Part shown: positions 13,626 to 26,689 of the stretch, in pieces
Layout of the letters: each line of letters opens with the position of its first letter
Numbering within the stretch: the stretch's first letter is position 1
NCBI GenBank assembly: GCA_951406725.2
Contig: OX597821.1
Span: 82,026,001-82,090,000 of the forward strand
Direction of reading: 5' to 3'
DNA: 64,000 nt
DNA from: Octopus vulgaris
Lineage: Eukaryota
Program-made: the position numbers and the translations under genes
The notes under the pieces: generated by a model
What the model was told of the DNA's origin: nothing
What the model saw: only the letters and a program-made list of their open reading frames with translations
Database searches by the model: none

Positions 13626-14007
13626 CTAGCAGTATCGCCCGGCGTTGCTCAGGTTTGTAAGGGAAATAACTATAAAGCATTTTTAGAGAGTTATAGCCAA
13701 AAAATAGCAAAAAAATGGAAAAAAATGATGGTAAATTTTTTTGAGAGTAAAAAAAGGTGGAGTTGCGTCCCCTAGACAGTTTGCTGTTTGTGTTTCTGAT
13801 TCTCGACTCCATGTCGAATTTATCGATTTTTTCAGAACTGGGGGAACTTTTCAAAATTTTCGCTGCGTTAGTTTTGAATTATGACATTGGGCTATGTGTG
13901 TGTCAAGTTTCATCAGAATCGGTTGAAAGCCGTGGTCAGGGTGAGGGTACAAGCAAACAGACACACAGAAACACGCACAGACAAACTGCCGTTTATATAG
14001 AGAGAGA
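13626..14007 (-). mobile_element. Non-autonomous Helitron
   Basis: Minus strand A|TC...CTAG|T termini; GC-rich subterminal hairpin CCTGAGCAACGCCGGG about 11 nt before the end; no TSD. Confidence 0.8.
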
Positions 14008-15719
14008 TGATGCATTATATACCAACACAGCATACACTAAAATCCATTGGCTGTTGATTATATTTTAGTATTTTTCACATAATGTCAACAAATGTTTCTT
14101 AAATATACACTGGTAGAATAACAGCACTATAAACACATACACTTCTTCAATATGATATATTTTCATCACAATTTGAAATGATTTACAAATACAGCAATAA
14201 TTTTCCTTTTACTAATTTTTGTTTTCCTTATTTTCAATACTGTAACTTATAATGACTTATAACTTTATTCTTAAGAGTCATAAATTGAAAATTATTGTAA
14301 AACTTAAATAACTGAAATATTTATTTACACTTAAAGTAACACATGAATTAACAATACAGCTCAATTGAAGTATAGTAATTATGAGATAAGTATACTATAT
14401 CATGATGAGTTACTTAAATGTGATATATTCATGCCAGGAGAAGGGTCAAAACAAGATCTCTGTTTTGAAGAAGTCTTGAGGTAACTTTTCTCTGCATGAA
14501 AGTCTGCAAATGGCAAATAATTCTGTTCTTCATGAGTTTTCCATGACTGCTATGATAACTTTAACCCTGAGGTCATAATTTCCACAACATTAATTCTCTT
14601 TGCCGATTGGTCAGTTAAACATCACTAATACAGTGATATGCAATATTTATAACCATGAATATATACATGGATTTACTCAAGCCTACCTGCTAGAAATAAC
14701 AACCAAATCAGTAACATAGCTAGTGACGAATAGTGGCAGAGCTGCCCACCCTGGGTAGTGCTTTTATGGGGGTAGCTTTTTAAGAGGGAATCATTAGCAA
14801 TATGATTTTTTATGGGCCCCAGAGGTGGTGGGGAGGAAATTCAAGGGCCAACCCAAGTGGCACCTACTCTAACTAGTCCACTTAACCAAATCCCTCCTTG
14901 CTGTCATACAAAAAAAGGCTATATTGGACAATATAATCCTGGACACAATGAAAAGACAGAATGGTCATTACCTGAACATCTTTGATCATGTCTGATCAAT
15001 CATAACTGACTGGAATAACAACAATAAACATACATTCCCTACTTTGGTGTTCGATTTAACTTCACTGATTTAGCAGAAAGCAAGAATATTAGCTGTCAAT
15101 AGTCTTTGAGTTAAGTTAATAATTCTTACCAAAGTATAATGATTATAACAGTAACACCTTTACACCGACACAAAACTACTGAACTGCAGGAGAGGATATT
15201 ATTGGTTTGGATCATCTAAAATATACGACAGTGACCTATTCTATTAAAACTGTGAATGTAAGTGAATAAAACTAAATAATGATAAGGTAAAGTCATAAAT
15301 AAGAGGAAACTGGAATAGTTGAGTTGGATAAGTTAATTTGTTATTAGGGGTATGGAATCTAATGTTTCTGGGTGGAGGAAATTAAAATGTTTGCCTGCTT
15401 GCAGCCCAACACCAGGTTTTTTTTCCTCCTTTTCTAATCATTAGATGAAAGGCAAGGCTTGAAAGCATTTAGCTTCTTACTTTCCCCATAGCAGACAATC
15501 TTATATTACTCTTCTAAATAATGGTAACCACTAGCAATCAACTCTACCACCCTTTGTATATATCAGGGATGATATACTTGTTCCTGTATATGATCGATAT
15601 AGTTATCTTTATTGCTAAAAACATTTCAACAAGGTTTACATTTACACATTAAAATCGTTTACCTTTCTACTTATAAACGGTAGGTTATTTATTTACCCCA
15701 GCTTTAGAAGAAACAAATA

Positions 15720-15935
15720 TTCTTTTCTACTCTAGGCACAAGGCCTGAAATTTTTGGGTAGGGGTCCAGTTGATTCGATTGACCCCAGTATGCAACTGGT
15801 GCTTAATTTATCGACCCCAAAAGGATGAAAGGCAAAGTAGACCGTGGCAGAATTTGAACTCAGAATGTAAAGACAGACAAAATACTGCTAAGCATTTCGC
15901 CTGGCGTGCCAACATTTCTGTCAGCTCACCTCCTT
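15720..15935 (-). mobile_element. SINE family B
   Basis: Colinear with 7135-7366 over the head and body. Confidence 0.8.
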
Positions 15936-16155
15936 AGAAGATACAAATATTAGAATGATACAGACTATGTCTTATCTATTAAATCTAATACAGTATTTAA
16001 TTATTTTCACTGACCAGTAGGACAAGGAACTCAGAACATACCACACACATTTTAGATATTCTACTGAGAAAAAAGGCTTTTCTCATAATGTATGCATACA
16101 TAAGCACACAAGCACAAATATTTCTATATCTGTTTTTGTGTGGGTGCACATGTGT

Positions 16156-16869
16156 AGGGTGTGAATAACACCTACATTGCTAGAAATAAGAGCTAAAATG
16201 CTCCAATGTTGTTACAAAGCACATAACATATACTCTGATAGGGGCTGCAGTCACCCTGAATACCAAACTGAGAATTCCCTAGACTGGCCGGCCAATTTCA
16301 GCTATTTCTGTAGCCATTGTTAGTAAAGCCAGCTCATTCAGTTGATTCCGGCCTACTTCACCTATCAGAGTATATATATTTACCATAAAAATCTATGGAT
16401 GATTTAGCAGATTGCTAATGTGTATTCAAAAAATTAATAGAAACAGCAGTTTGCAATGTTATACCATCAAGGAAAATTATAGTCGTCAACTAAACTTGAC
16501 TCAGGTTATGAATAACACTCATACATTTTTATGGCGAATATATATATATATATATATATATATACTACAAAATTAGAAAATGGAGAAACATACTTATCCC
16601 ATGGTGGGTTGAATTTTCAACCCCTATCTCATTTTATATATATATATATATATACTCTGATAGGCGAGGTAGCCCAGAATCATCTGAATGAACTGGCCTT
16701 ACTGATGATGGCTATGGAAATAGCTGAAACTGGCTGGCCAGTCTAGGGAATTCTCAGGTTGGCATTTGGGGTGATTGCAGCCCCTATCAGAGTACATGTT
16801 ATGTGCTTTGTAACAGCATTGGAGCATTTTGGCTCCTATTTCTAGCAATGTATGTGTTATTCACACCCT
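16156..16869. mobile_element. Inverted pair of about 217-nt hammerhead-bearing repeats (16156-16372 minus; 16653-16869 plus)
   Basis: The two units are reverse complements of each other; each contains a TACTCTGATAGG...CCTATCAGAGTA inverted repeat enclosing a hammerhead; the spacer contains (TA)n. Confidence 0.8.
16697..16748 (+). ncRNA. Type I hammerhead ribozyme, near canonical; predicted cleavage after GUC at 16743
   Basis: Stem I CCTTA/TAGGG; core CTGATGA plus an extra T; stem II GGCTAT(GGAA)ATAGCT; GAAA; stem III ACTGG(CTGG)CCAGT; triplet GTC. Confidence 0.8.
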
Positions 16870-16959
16870 TAATCAAGTTTTGTTGATGACTATAATTTTC
16901 CTTTACAGTATAACATTGCAAATAGCTATTTTTATTAATTTTATATATGTGTGTGTATA

Positions 16960-17044
<85 letters not shown>

Positions 17045-17821
17045 GTTTTCCATGTTGCTCTGTTTTATGTGTCTTTGAATCCTTTAAACACTCTTTGCAA
17101 CAGGTTGGTTAATGTCCAAGTTTTGTCACATAACACTTGATAGTTCTGACCAGAATTTGAAATAATCTATTTAAAAAGTATTACAGATCTAATAAGCTAT
17201 TGACAATCATTCCTTGTAACATCTTATTTAATAAAATATTGTTTCTATGATTATTACTGCTGTCATTGTTCTAATTAGCAGAAATATGAGAACATCAAAC
17301 TGGATTATATTCTGAGTTAAACCTTTCTGGTGTCAACATTAGCATTCAACTCTTCAATGTCAATAATATGTCAGTAACAGAAGTGGAGGGATCAAGGAAG
17401 GAAGGATGAAAGGCAAAGCTCTTCTCAGTCGGATTTATACTCATACTATTTACTCTTCTATTCTGCTAAAGTGTACACACATATGCAAGTGCACATGTAT
17501 GTGTGTACTAAATATATGAGTGTGGTGTCGTCGTCGTTTTAGCTTCCTCTTTTCCATGCTGCATGGGTTGGATAGAATTTGGTAAGGAAGATTTTCTTTG
17601 GCTGGAGAGCCTTTCTGTTGCCAACCTTCATCTGTTTCCAAGAAAAGTAATATTTCCCATTGACCAGAGATGCTTTTTAAAGAAGACTGAAACTGAAGGA
17701 CACTGCTTGTATGACGGTGATACTCATTTACAACTATTATGCAATGTCAAAGCAAGGAGCTTATCATACATACATACATACATACATATATACACCACAC
17801 ACCCACCCACACACGCACATA

Positions 17822-18031
17822 TCATCATCATCATCATCGTTTAACGTCCGTTTTCCGCGCTAGCACGGGTTGGACAGTTCGACGGGGGTCTGGGAAGCCA
17901 GGGGCTGCACCAGGCTCCAGTCTGATCTGGCAGAGTTTCTACAGCTGGATGCCCTTCCTAACGCCAACCACTCCGCGAGTGTAGTGGGTGCTTTTTATGT
18001 GCCACCTGCACAGGTGCCAGGGGGGTCTGGC
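17822..18031 (-). mobile_element. SINE or LINE-tail family C (…TTAGGAAGGGCATCCAGCTGTAGAAAC…GGACGTTAAACGATGATGAT)
   Basis: Many copies in the window, all ending in a (GAT)n tail. Confidence 0.8.
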
Positions 18032-18084
18032 ATTATATAAAAATATATATATATATATACACATATTTATATATAAATAAATAA

Positions 18085-18122
<38 letters not shown>

Positions 18123-18140
18123 TTATAGATAAATAAATAA

Positions 18141-18184
<44 letters not shown>

Positions 18185-18270
18185 TGTTGTGTCTTGGGAG
18201 AATCATTTTCTTTTTGTGCCTTATAATGTAACACACCGGTAAAATTTCCACTTATTTCTTATTTTTATTT

Positions 18271-18311
18271 TCCTAAAATTTTCGTTGCGTCTTGCAACCT
18301 TTTCAATAGTC
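18271..18311 (-). ncRNA. Minimal hammerhead-like motif with U3-A8 covariant core
   Basis: Minus strand CTA-TTGAAAA-G-GTTGC(AAGAC)GCAAC-GAAA-ATTT-TAG; lies in a short repeat next to (TA)n. Confidence 0.45.
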
Positions 18312-18559
18312 TTGACTCTGTCTGTTATTTACACTGCATTCCTTTTTGTTTGTTTGTGCGCACGTGTGTGGGTCAGTGTGTGTGTGTATGTGTGTGTGTT
18401 ATGCAACTATGTATCATGTTTGTATGTATGGATGGATGTGCATCTCTATATGTGTGGATCCGTTTGGAGCGTTATACTAATACATCTCTTTGTTTTCTAC
18501 ACCACCTGACTTCGTCTTTTGCTTTTTTCGTGAATTATCCCTATATATATATATATACA

Positions 18560-19422
18560 CATTGTCGCCATTTTATATTTTTAATTTCACATATGCGCAT
18601 TGTTTGTTTTTGATTTTGTTGACTATGCAGTACAATAGGCTCAGTCGGGTACTATCTGTGAGAAAAACAGCACTATGACACAATTCACTCTACCAGAAAT
18701 TTGGAAACAACATGCTGTACTACTTGGCATACATGCTGGAAGCGCCAATACAAACATTTCAGAGTGTTTGGGGGTTAATCTGAAGACATGTACCAAGAGT
18801 GATAAAAATCAAACATCCAGTCAATATCAAGGTGTTTGGAGTGATCACCAGTGATGGCAACGTTATGCCTCCATTCATCTTCTCACATGGCCTCAGACTC
18901 AACACAGAGGCCTACATCAAGTGCCTGGAGGATGTAGTACTGCCCTGAGTCAACAGGGTGGCTGCTGGAAGATCCTATGTCTGGCAACAGGACTCTGTAC
19001 CATGCCACACAAGCAGGAGAATCCAGTCATGACTGTCAGACAATTTCTGCGACCACATCACCCCTAACATCTGGCCACCTAAGTCCTCATACTGTAACCC
19101 TCTTGATTATTATGTGTGGAGCACACTTGAGTGAGAGACCAACAAAACTCCTTGTAATACCAGAGATGAATTGAAGGCAAGGATTATGGAAGCATTCACC
19201 AATTTAAACAAGGAGACCGTCCAGAAAAGCTGCAGGAGATACTGAAGTCGTTTGGAAGCTGTGGTTGAAGTCAATGGCAATTTTATTGAATAAGTTTATT
19301 TTTTTTGTATTTCAAGATATTTTTATGTAATTTTGGTAAATATATCTGTTAAAATGAGATGTTAGTGCTATTTTCATTTTTGTGTAATTTAGACAAAAGT
19401 TTATACACTGCACCATGTATAT
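18560..19422 (+). mobile_element. Decayed maT-family (DD37D) Tc1/mariner transposon, internally deleted
   Basis: Translation VWQQDSVPCHTSRRIQS*LSDNFCDHITPNIWPPKSSYCNPLDYYVW has 37 residues between the two Asp; in-frame stops present. Confidence 0.85.
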
Positions 19423-19454
19423 ACACACAATAGACTTCTTTCAATTTCTGTCCA

Positions 19455-19862
19455 CCTGTTGAGGCAAGTGAAATCGAAATCAAATTCGATGACTGGCATC
19501 CATGATAGTGGGGCACTAAGAGCACCATCCGAGAGTGGCTAAATCCACTTCCATGCCGGTGACACATAAAAGGCATCATTTGAGCATGATTGTTACCAGC
19601 GTCACCTTACTGGCACGTGAAAAAACATTCGAGCAAGGTTGTTGCCAGTACCACCTGACTGGCCCTCATACCGGTGGTATGTAAAAGCACCCACTACACT
19701 CTCGGAGTGGTTGGCATTAGGAAGGGCATCCAGCTGTAAAAACTCTGCCAGATCAAGATTGGAGCCTGGTGCAGCCATCTGGTTCGCCAGTCATCAGTCA
19801 AATCATCCAACCCATGCTAGCATGGAAAGCGGATGTTAAACGATGATGATGATGATGATGAT
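19455..19862 (+). mobile_element. Family C repeat, long copy
   Basis: Colinear with 53730-54140; (GAT)n tail. Confidence 0.8.
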
Positions 19863-19887
19863 GTATATAGATATATATGTGTGTGCG

Positions 19888-19925
<38 letters not shown>

Positions 19926-19928
<3 letters not shown>

Positions 19929-20040
19929 TGACCACTTTCCAGCACCCACACCAGTGCACACACCTGCACTGACCACTTCCCTGCACCCCACCAGTGAACA
20001 CACTAGTGCTGACCACTTTCCAGCACCTACACCATCATCC
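19926..20040. repeat. Three copies of an approximately 40-bp tandem repeat
   Basis: CTGACCACTT(T)CC(A)GCACC(C)ACACCAGTG repeated. Confidence 0.7.
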
Positions 20041-20209
20041 ACACACCTACACATGCACACACATACATGTCAATGTCACCATCCCCCTTCCACACATACA
20101 CACGCTCTCACATACACATGCACGCGCACCTTCATTTTAGGATCACCACTACTTTATTATCTCCCCTTCTTCCTAGCTCTCCTGTGTGACCCCTCTGTCT
20201 GGCATTTGC

Positions 20210-20395
20210 CATGATACATTGCTAGCCGCTAAACCTTTTTCTGTTTTCTCTTCCTGTTTATTTCTGTGTTCCTTTCTGTCGAAGCGCATAGGCTCAAAAC
20301 ATAAAAAACTTTCTCACTTCCGAGTGTTAAACTAATACATCTGTTTGTTGTTTACACACCCGTCTTCGTCTTTTGTTTTTTAGTAAATTCTCACT
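20210..20395 (+). mobile_element. pLTR-like element, same family as 8020-8192, decayed hammerhead
   Basis: CTTT-CTGTCGA-A-GCGCATAGGCTC-AAAAC-ATA, followed by the CTAATACA...TTCGTCTTTTG tail and (TA)n. Confidence 0.6.
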
Positions 20396-20802
20396 ATATA
20401 TATATATATGTATGTATATTCCATCTTTGAACTTCTCTCCATTAACATCTCAAATGCAAGATCTCTTCCCTGAAGACAGGGGCTTATCTCATCTTATGAT
20501 GAAATTAATGTTCAAACTTTATTATGGACTGCTGAGCCCCCAGAAACAACTGTTGGATTTGTAATTCTTTTCCTTCATTTGTACTCTCTGTTCATTGAAC
20601 ATTTTGATATGTATATATATATATACATACACTTTTTGTATTTCATGTATTTAATATACATTATATATTGATCTGTCAAATTTGCTTATCCCTACATTTA
20701 TTTCTGTATCTGCTTAAGTTTAAATCTTTTGAGTACTGCTAAATGTATTCTATATGGAGAATATCTGGGTCTCATCTATGAACTGTATATATATATATAT
20801 AT

Positions 20803-21067
20803 GCCATGATTGATTGCTAGTCACTAAACCGTATTTTTAATTTTCTCTCTCTGTTTATTTCTGTGTTCCTTTCTGTCGAAGAGCGTAGGCTCAAAACGTA
20901 AAAGAGCTTCTCATTGCCTGAGTGTTAAATTAATACATCTGTTTGTTGTTTGCACACCCGTCTCCGTCTTTTGTTTTGTTTATTTTTTAGAAATTCCAAC
21001 TATATGTTGTTTGCACACCCGTCTCCGTCTTTTGTTTTGTTTATTTTTTAGAAATTCCAACTATATG
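20803..21067 (+). mobile_element. pLTR-like element with hammerhead motif (20869-20904) and a 61-bp tandem duplication of its 3' tail
   Basis: CTTT-CTGTCGA-A-GAGC(GTAG)GCTC-AAAAC-GTA-AAAG; the tail unit occurs twice within 20944-21067. Confidence 0.65.
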
Positions 21068-21544
21068 TATATATCAACTGAGGTCTGGCAGATCTGGCAG
21101 TGTCTCTGGCAGTGTAGAAACACTGCCAGATCTGACTGGCCTGGTGCAGCCTTCGGGCTTCCCAGGCCCCAGTTGAACCGTCCAACGCATGCTAGCATGG
21201 AAAGCGGACGTTAAACGATGATGATGATGATATATATGTAGTTGGAATTGTGTGTGTGTGTGTATATATATGCACACACACACATATATATGTACATTGG
21301 CATTCATTACATATATATATATGTATAAAGGCATTTGTTAGCCTGGGGCTATAGGAGAAGGCACTTATCCTAAGGTGCCACACATTGGGGTTGAACCCCA
21401 AACCACATGGCTGCAAAGTGAGCTTCACAACTTCACAGCCATGCCTGTTCCTGTAGAAGTATTTTATGCAACTCCAAGTACTTTTGTGTATGTGCGTGCG
21501 TGTATGTGTGTGTGTGTGTATGTGTGTGTGTGTGTGAGGTAAAT

Positions 21545-22620
21545 TTTTGCTGTTGTGTCTAATGTTCTTAATTGTTGCTGGTAAGAAGGGAGATAGTAGA
21601 TTTAGTAGGTCTGTTGTTTTGGAGTCAAATTTCTAGGTTAATGATGTAGGGTTGGCATAGGTGTGCAGCTGTATACAAAGAATTAAATATAAACCTGCTC
21701 TGATCTGTATACGAGGCTGTGTGAATGTGAAAATGCAGTGTAGGTAGAGGTTGAAAAGAATGGGTGAGAAGACTGATTTGAGAGGTACTTTCATTTGAAA
21801 CATTGCAAGTTCTGGAAGTGCTGATCTTATGTACTTTATAAGCCTAATGAAGGCACATGGCTCAGTGGTTAGAGCATCACAATCATGAGATGTTGAGTTC
21901 GATTCCCAGACCGGGCTGTATGTTGTGTTCTTGAGCAAGACACTTTATTTCATGTTGTTCCAGTTCACTCAGCTGTAGAAATGAGTTGGGACATCACAGG
22001 TGCCACGCTGTATTGGCCTTTGCCTTTCCCTTGGATAACATTAGTGGTGTAGAGAGGGGAAGCTGGTATGCGTGGGTGATTGCTGGTCTTCCATAAAAAC
22101 AATCTTGCCCAAACTTGTGCTTAGGAGGAGAACTTTCTTGGTGCAATCCCATGGTCATTCATGACCTAAGGGGGGGTCTTTAAATTTGATGATCAGGCAA
22201 CTATTTTGTCAGCCGCCAGTTTGTGTTGAGTAGTGGAGGATAGAGATGAAAATTTTGTCAATGTTTGTTTGAAGGATGCACTTGAAAGATGTTTTTTTAT
22301 TTAAAGCAGTCTGTATTGGATTTGTGTACAGTGAGGAGGTTTAGGGTGATGGTTGAGTACAAAGGCTGGAATCCATGCTGCAATTTAATGAATGTGATGT
22401 GTGAGTCTGTGACATCAAGGATGAATTTCTCTAAAATGTTTGAGGATGTACTCAGGAGGGAAATGGGTCTGTATGAAACTACTTCATTTGAATTTTTGTT
22501 GGGTTTTAAAATTGTCGTTATTTTTCTCCCAACTGAAAGATCCTAAAAAGTTGACAGTTTTGGTACAAGTGATTGTAGATGTTGTTAAGGGCAGTGATTC
22601 TTTCATGCTCAAGCTGTTTT
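21545..22620 (-). pseudogene. Decayed LINE reverse transcriptase (Jockey/CR1/L2-like) interrupted by a SINE
   Basis: SYRPISLLSTSSNILEKFI, QHGF, KVPLKSVFSPILFNLY (GVPQGSVLSP-like) and YANP (decayed YADD) occur in the correct order. Confidence 0.75.
21849..22181 (+). mobile_element. tRNA-derived SINE family D
   Basis: A box TGGCTCAGTGG, B box GAGTTCGATTCC; colinear with 29223-29557. Confidence 0.85.
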
Positions 22621-22711
22621 ATGTATATCTTCTATCTTTTACTTGTTTCAGTCATTAGAGTGCAGTCATTCTGGGGAACAAACATAGACACACAGACACT
22701 CACACACATAG

Positions 22712-22751
<40 letters not shown>

Positions 22752-23087
22752 GGCTTCTTTCAGCTTTTGTCCACCAAATCCACTCACAAGGCTTTGATTA
22801 GCCGAAGGGGCCTTGCAGTGGGGCTGAATCTGGAACCATGTGGTTGGGAAGCAAACTTCTTCCCAGACAGCCATGCCTGTGCCTATGTATGTTCATAATT
22901 TTGTCAGGCTCCGAGCTTTTTGATTTCTCTACTGCTTTGCTTTGGGGAGTCTAGTGAAAGAATGCAACCAAAATCATAGTTCTATGTGGAAGGTGCTTAT
23001 ATTTTTGTTTTGTTTTCTAGAGTTCTTTGTGTGATTTTCTCAGAAAGATCTTTTAAGAACATTCACTGGTGTTAGAATGTAGGTGTA

Positions 23088-23183
23088 TTATTTGAGGTTT
23101 TTATTTGAGGTTATTACTTGAGGTTATTACTTGAGGTTATTATTTGAGGTTATTATTTGAAGTTATTATTTGAGGTTATTATT
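23088..23183. repeat. 13-bp minisatellite TTGAGGTTATTA(T/C), about 7 copies
   Basis: Direct inspection. Confidence 0.85.
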
Positions 23184-25460
23184 GCGACATAAGGTGTGAT
23201 GTCACCATTGTTGTTATTAGTGCTGCTACTGACTACATGATTGTTTAACTGCTTATTTTGTGGTTTACACTGGATATAAATATTTGCCAGTATCATAGTA
23301 TTTTATAGTTTATTTTCTTTGGTATTTTCTTGTTTAATTGTTTTATGCAGAGTTCTTGTTCAGTTGCATGTGGTGTTGATGTATTGCTATCTGTTCCATT
23401 CTTCAAAGCAGCTGAATTCCAGTCGATGTGAATTGAAAAAAAAAAAAAAATCTCAGAATAACGATGAAGTCAAGTCCCAATTTTGAATCTATAAAGTCCA
23501 CTGATGCATTTTTACTTTCATTTGTATTTTGTTTCCCATTTCTCATCCAAACAAACACATATGTGAGAGAGAGAAGGAGAGATAGATTGAGAGACATCCA
23601 ATGACATGGGTGGTGTTGTTACAATTAAAAAGTACTTGATACTGTCGTACTTGTTTGGAGATTGGATACAAAGGAAGAGAGACAGTTTGAGTGCTGAGAA
23701 GTCAAGTGTTGAGCAGACCTCTTCATACACAAAATATCATCCACAAAATACATATATTTTTAAATGTATACATACACAAATATAAACACATTCATATGTA
23801 TATTAAAAAAAAAACATGTGTGTTTAAGTACGTATAGATTAGGTGTATGGCATAAGTAGTTACATAATAATATTGTAGAATAACTATTTAGTTGAATTGT
23901 CATAGGCAATTAAATTTACTTGAAAATAATGCTACATAAATGAAGTTTATATGCAATTATTTTCTTTTCAGAAATATAAGTCTATTACACCTCATCATTA
24001 CAGAACATGTGTAGCTTTGTTAAGTAGAAATATTTACTTCAGTATCTAATTTCATATTCAACAAGAATGGAGGAGGGAGTTCAGAAGTGATCCAACAACC
24101 AAGACAGAAACTGACATGTTATTTAACAAGTGGAAGAGTCAGATTCAACTGATAATGCGGTCTCTTTCAGTTGGCCATGATCAGTCAAAATAGAAGAAAA
24201 GAATATTCAATTAGTCAACTAATATTATGAACAACTCTCTCCTTCTAACTCTCCCTCTCTCTCTCTTTCACACACACACACATTACATTAGAGTAGAGTA
24301 GTTTGAATGCAACATTGCATGTTAGAGTAATTAGAATTGTTTGAAAGTCAGTAAAATGCAAATTTGAAATGAAAGAGTGAAAACAAGAGCAAGAAGAAGA
24401 ACAAAACAACAGTTTACACTTTGCTTTATATTTTGAAATTTTGGAGTTAAGAACTCTTTGTCAAGAGAAAATGTAGGATGCTGTCAAGTTGGTATCTTTC
24501 ACTTAGATATATGGAAAAGAAAAATGTGATGTGCAGATTGACAATGTTATAACAGCTAGTCTGTTTCATGCAATTCCTGTCTAATGTTAATGGTTGAGTT
24601 CAGTTAATGAATGAGGATGGCCTACTTTATCCTTTAATTACTAATGTTCCACTCTGTCACTTTCATTGCAATGATGAGGCTTTGAGAGTGGCATTTTTCT
24701 GGGTGATTCTCAAAAAAATATATTTATCAACTCGTGTTCCTTGATGCAGATATGTAGTTTACAGATCATAGTACCTATGCATTGACTAAACATGAAAGTG
24801 GGTGAATAATCTAAAACACAGCACCCTTAATGCATTTCTTTGAGAGAATCCATGTGGCACAGTGCGTGAAAAAGCTGCCTCGAATTAGATGTACAATCGA
24901 TCTCAAAGGCTTCTGCATAGTTTCCATCAACCCAAATTTTATTCAAAAGCCTTATGTTGACATGTGGTAAAAGGTGCTTGTCTGTGTCATGTGGTGGAAC
25001 TAAAAGAGAGACCTTGTGATTGCAGAGCAAACTTCTTAACCATTCAGCCATACTGCATTCACATGCATTTTGTACATATGTACATGTATAAAAATATATT
25101 GAGAGACAGACAGAGAAACAAAGATAGATTGATATACAACCCTCCATCCTTCCATCCACACAGACACATACACACACACATCATCATCATCATCATCATC
25201 ATAGGCAGTCTTTCGACAATTAAGAATGACAGTCCATAAGAAACGTGGCATGTCATATCAGAAGTGAATCAATTTCCTCCACAAGTCTCTTTCCTCTGCT
25301 ATTGTGTTCCAGCTGTGGGTATTAATATCCAATCTCTCCATGTTGTGTAAAGCTACATCCTTGTTTCACACATGGAATCTAACCTGCTTTCTCATATCAA
25401 TAGGCAAGTGTAATGCCAGCATGGAAGGCAGACGTTAAACATTAATAAGGATGATTATGA

Positions 25461-25510
<50 letters not shown>

Positions 25511-25558
25511 GCACATATATATATATACATATATATATATCCACACACACACACATAT

Positions 25559-25869
25559 GTGGAGGCACAATGGCCTAGTGGTTAAGGCAGCGGACTTGCG
25601 GTCGTAGGATCACGGTTTCGATTCCCAGACTGGGCGTTGTGAGTGTTCATTGAGCGAAAATACCTAAAGCTCCACGACGCTCCAGTAGGGGGTGGTGGTG
25701 ATCCCTGTTGTACTCTTTCACCACAACTTTCTTTCACTCTTTCTTCTATTGGCCTGCTTGCTTAGCCAGCGGAGTGGCATCATTGAAGGCTAAAACAATG
25801 CGAAGCGCATTGTGACCAGTGATGTGTAGCAACATCTGATGGCCTGGTCAGTCACGTGATCACGTGATA
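25559..25869 (+). mobile_element. tRNA-derived SINE family E
   Basis: A box TGGCCTAGTGG, B-box-like GTTTCGATTCC, tail (CACGTGAT)2; decayed relative at about 41400-41650. Confidence 0.75.
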
Positions 25870-25876
25870 TATATAT

Positions 25877-26093
25877 ACTCTCTTTACTCTTTACTCTTTT
25901 AGTTGTTTCAGTCATTTGACTGCGGCCATGCTGGAGCACCGCCTTTAGTTGAGCAAATCGACCCCGGAACTTATTCTTTGTAAGCCTAGTACTTATTCTA
26001 TCAGCCTCTTTTGCTGAACCACTAAGTTACAGGTACATAAGCACACCAACATCAGTAGTTAAGTGATGGCAGGGGACAAACACAGACACACAA

Positions 26094-26190
<97 letters not shown>

Positions 26191-26330
26191 TACACACAAT
26201 GGGCTTCTTTCAGTTTCTGTTTTCTAAATCCACTCACAAGACACTTGCCCAGGGTGCTACAGAGTGGGACTGAACCCAGAACCATGTGGTTGAGAAGCAA
26301 GCTTTATACCACACAGCCACTCCTACGTCT
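25877..26330 (-). mobile_element. SINE family A
   Basis: Colinear with 8885-9298. Confidence 0.85.
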
Positions 26331-26339
26331 ATATATAGT

Positions 26340-26500
26340 TCAAAATTATACAAAAAGTGAAAAAAACAAAACAAAAGACAGAGATAGGTGAGGGAACAAC
26401 AAATGAGGTGTATTAGTGTGACACTTAGGAAAAATGGAAGAAGTTTTGATGTTTCGAACCTATGCTCTTCAACGGAAAGGAAGGAGAGAGGAATAGAATG
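26340..26500 (-). mobile_element. pLTR-like element (8020 family), decayed hammerhead
   Basis: Minus strand TTT-CCGTTGA-A-GAGC(ATAG)GTTC-GAAAC-ATC-AAA. Confidence 0.5.
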
Positions 26501-26689
26501 AAAACAAATGTGTGTTTGTGAGTGTGTGTGTGTGTGTGTGTGTGCATGTGTGTCATCAATATCAGGGTCCTATTTTCTTTCTTACTTACAAAACCATAGT
26601 CTTTACTTTATTTTAAGGCCTTGGGATTCTAGGTTTAGCTTCTATGACTAGAAATTCCTCTCAAATTCCCTCATAGATTCAGCTATGAG

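Noticed and set aside
14360-14600. Possible exon(s)
   Set aside because: Short open frames on both strands, weak acceptors and no recognisable protein.
23088-23183. CRISPR-like or telomeric array
   Set aside because: No spacers, eukaryotic context, and the unit is not TTAGGG; it is a simple minisatellite.
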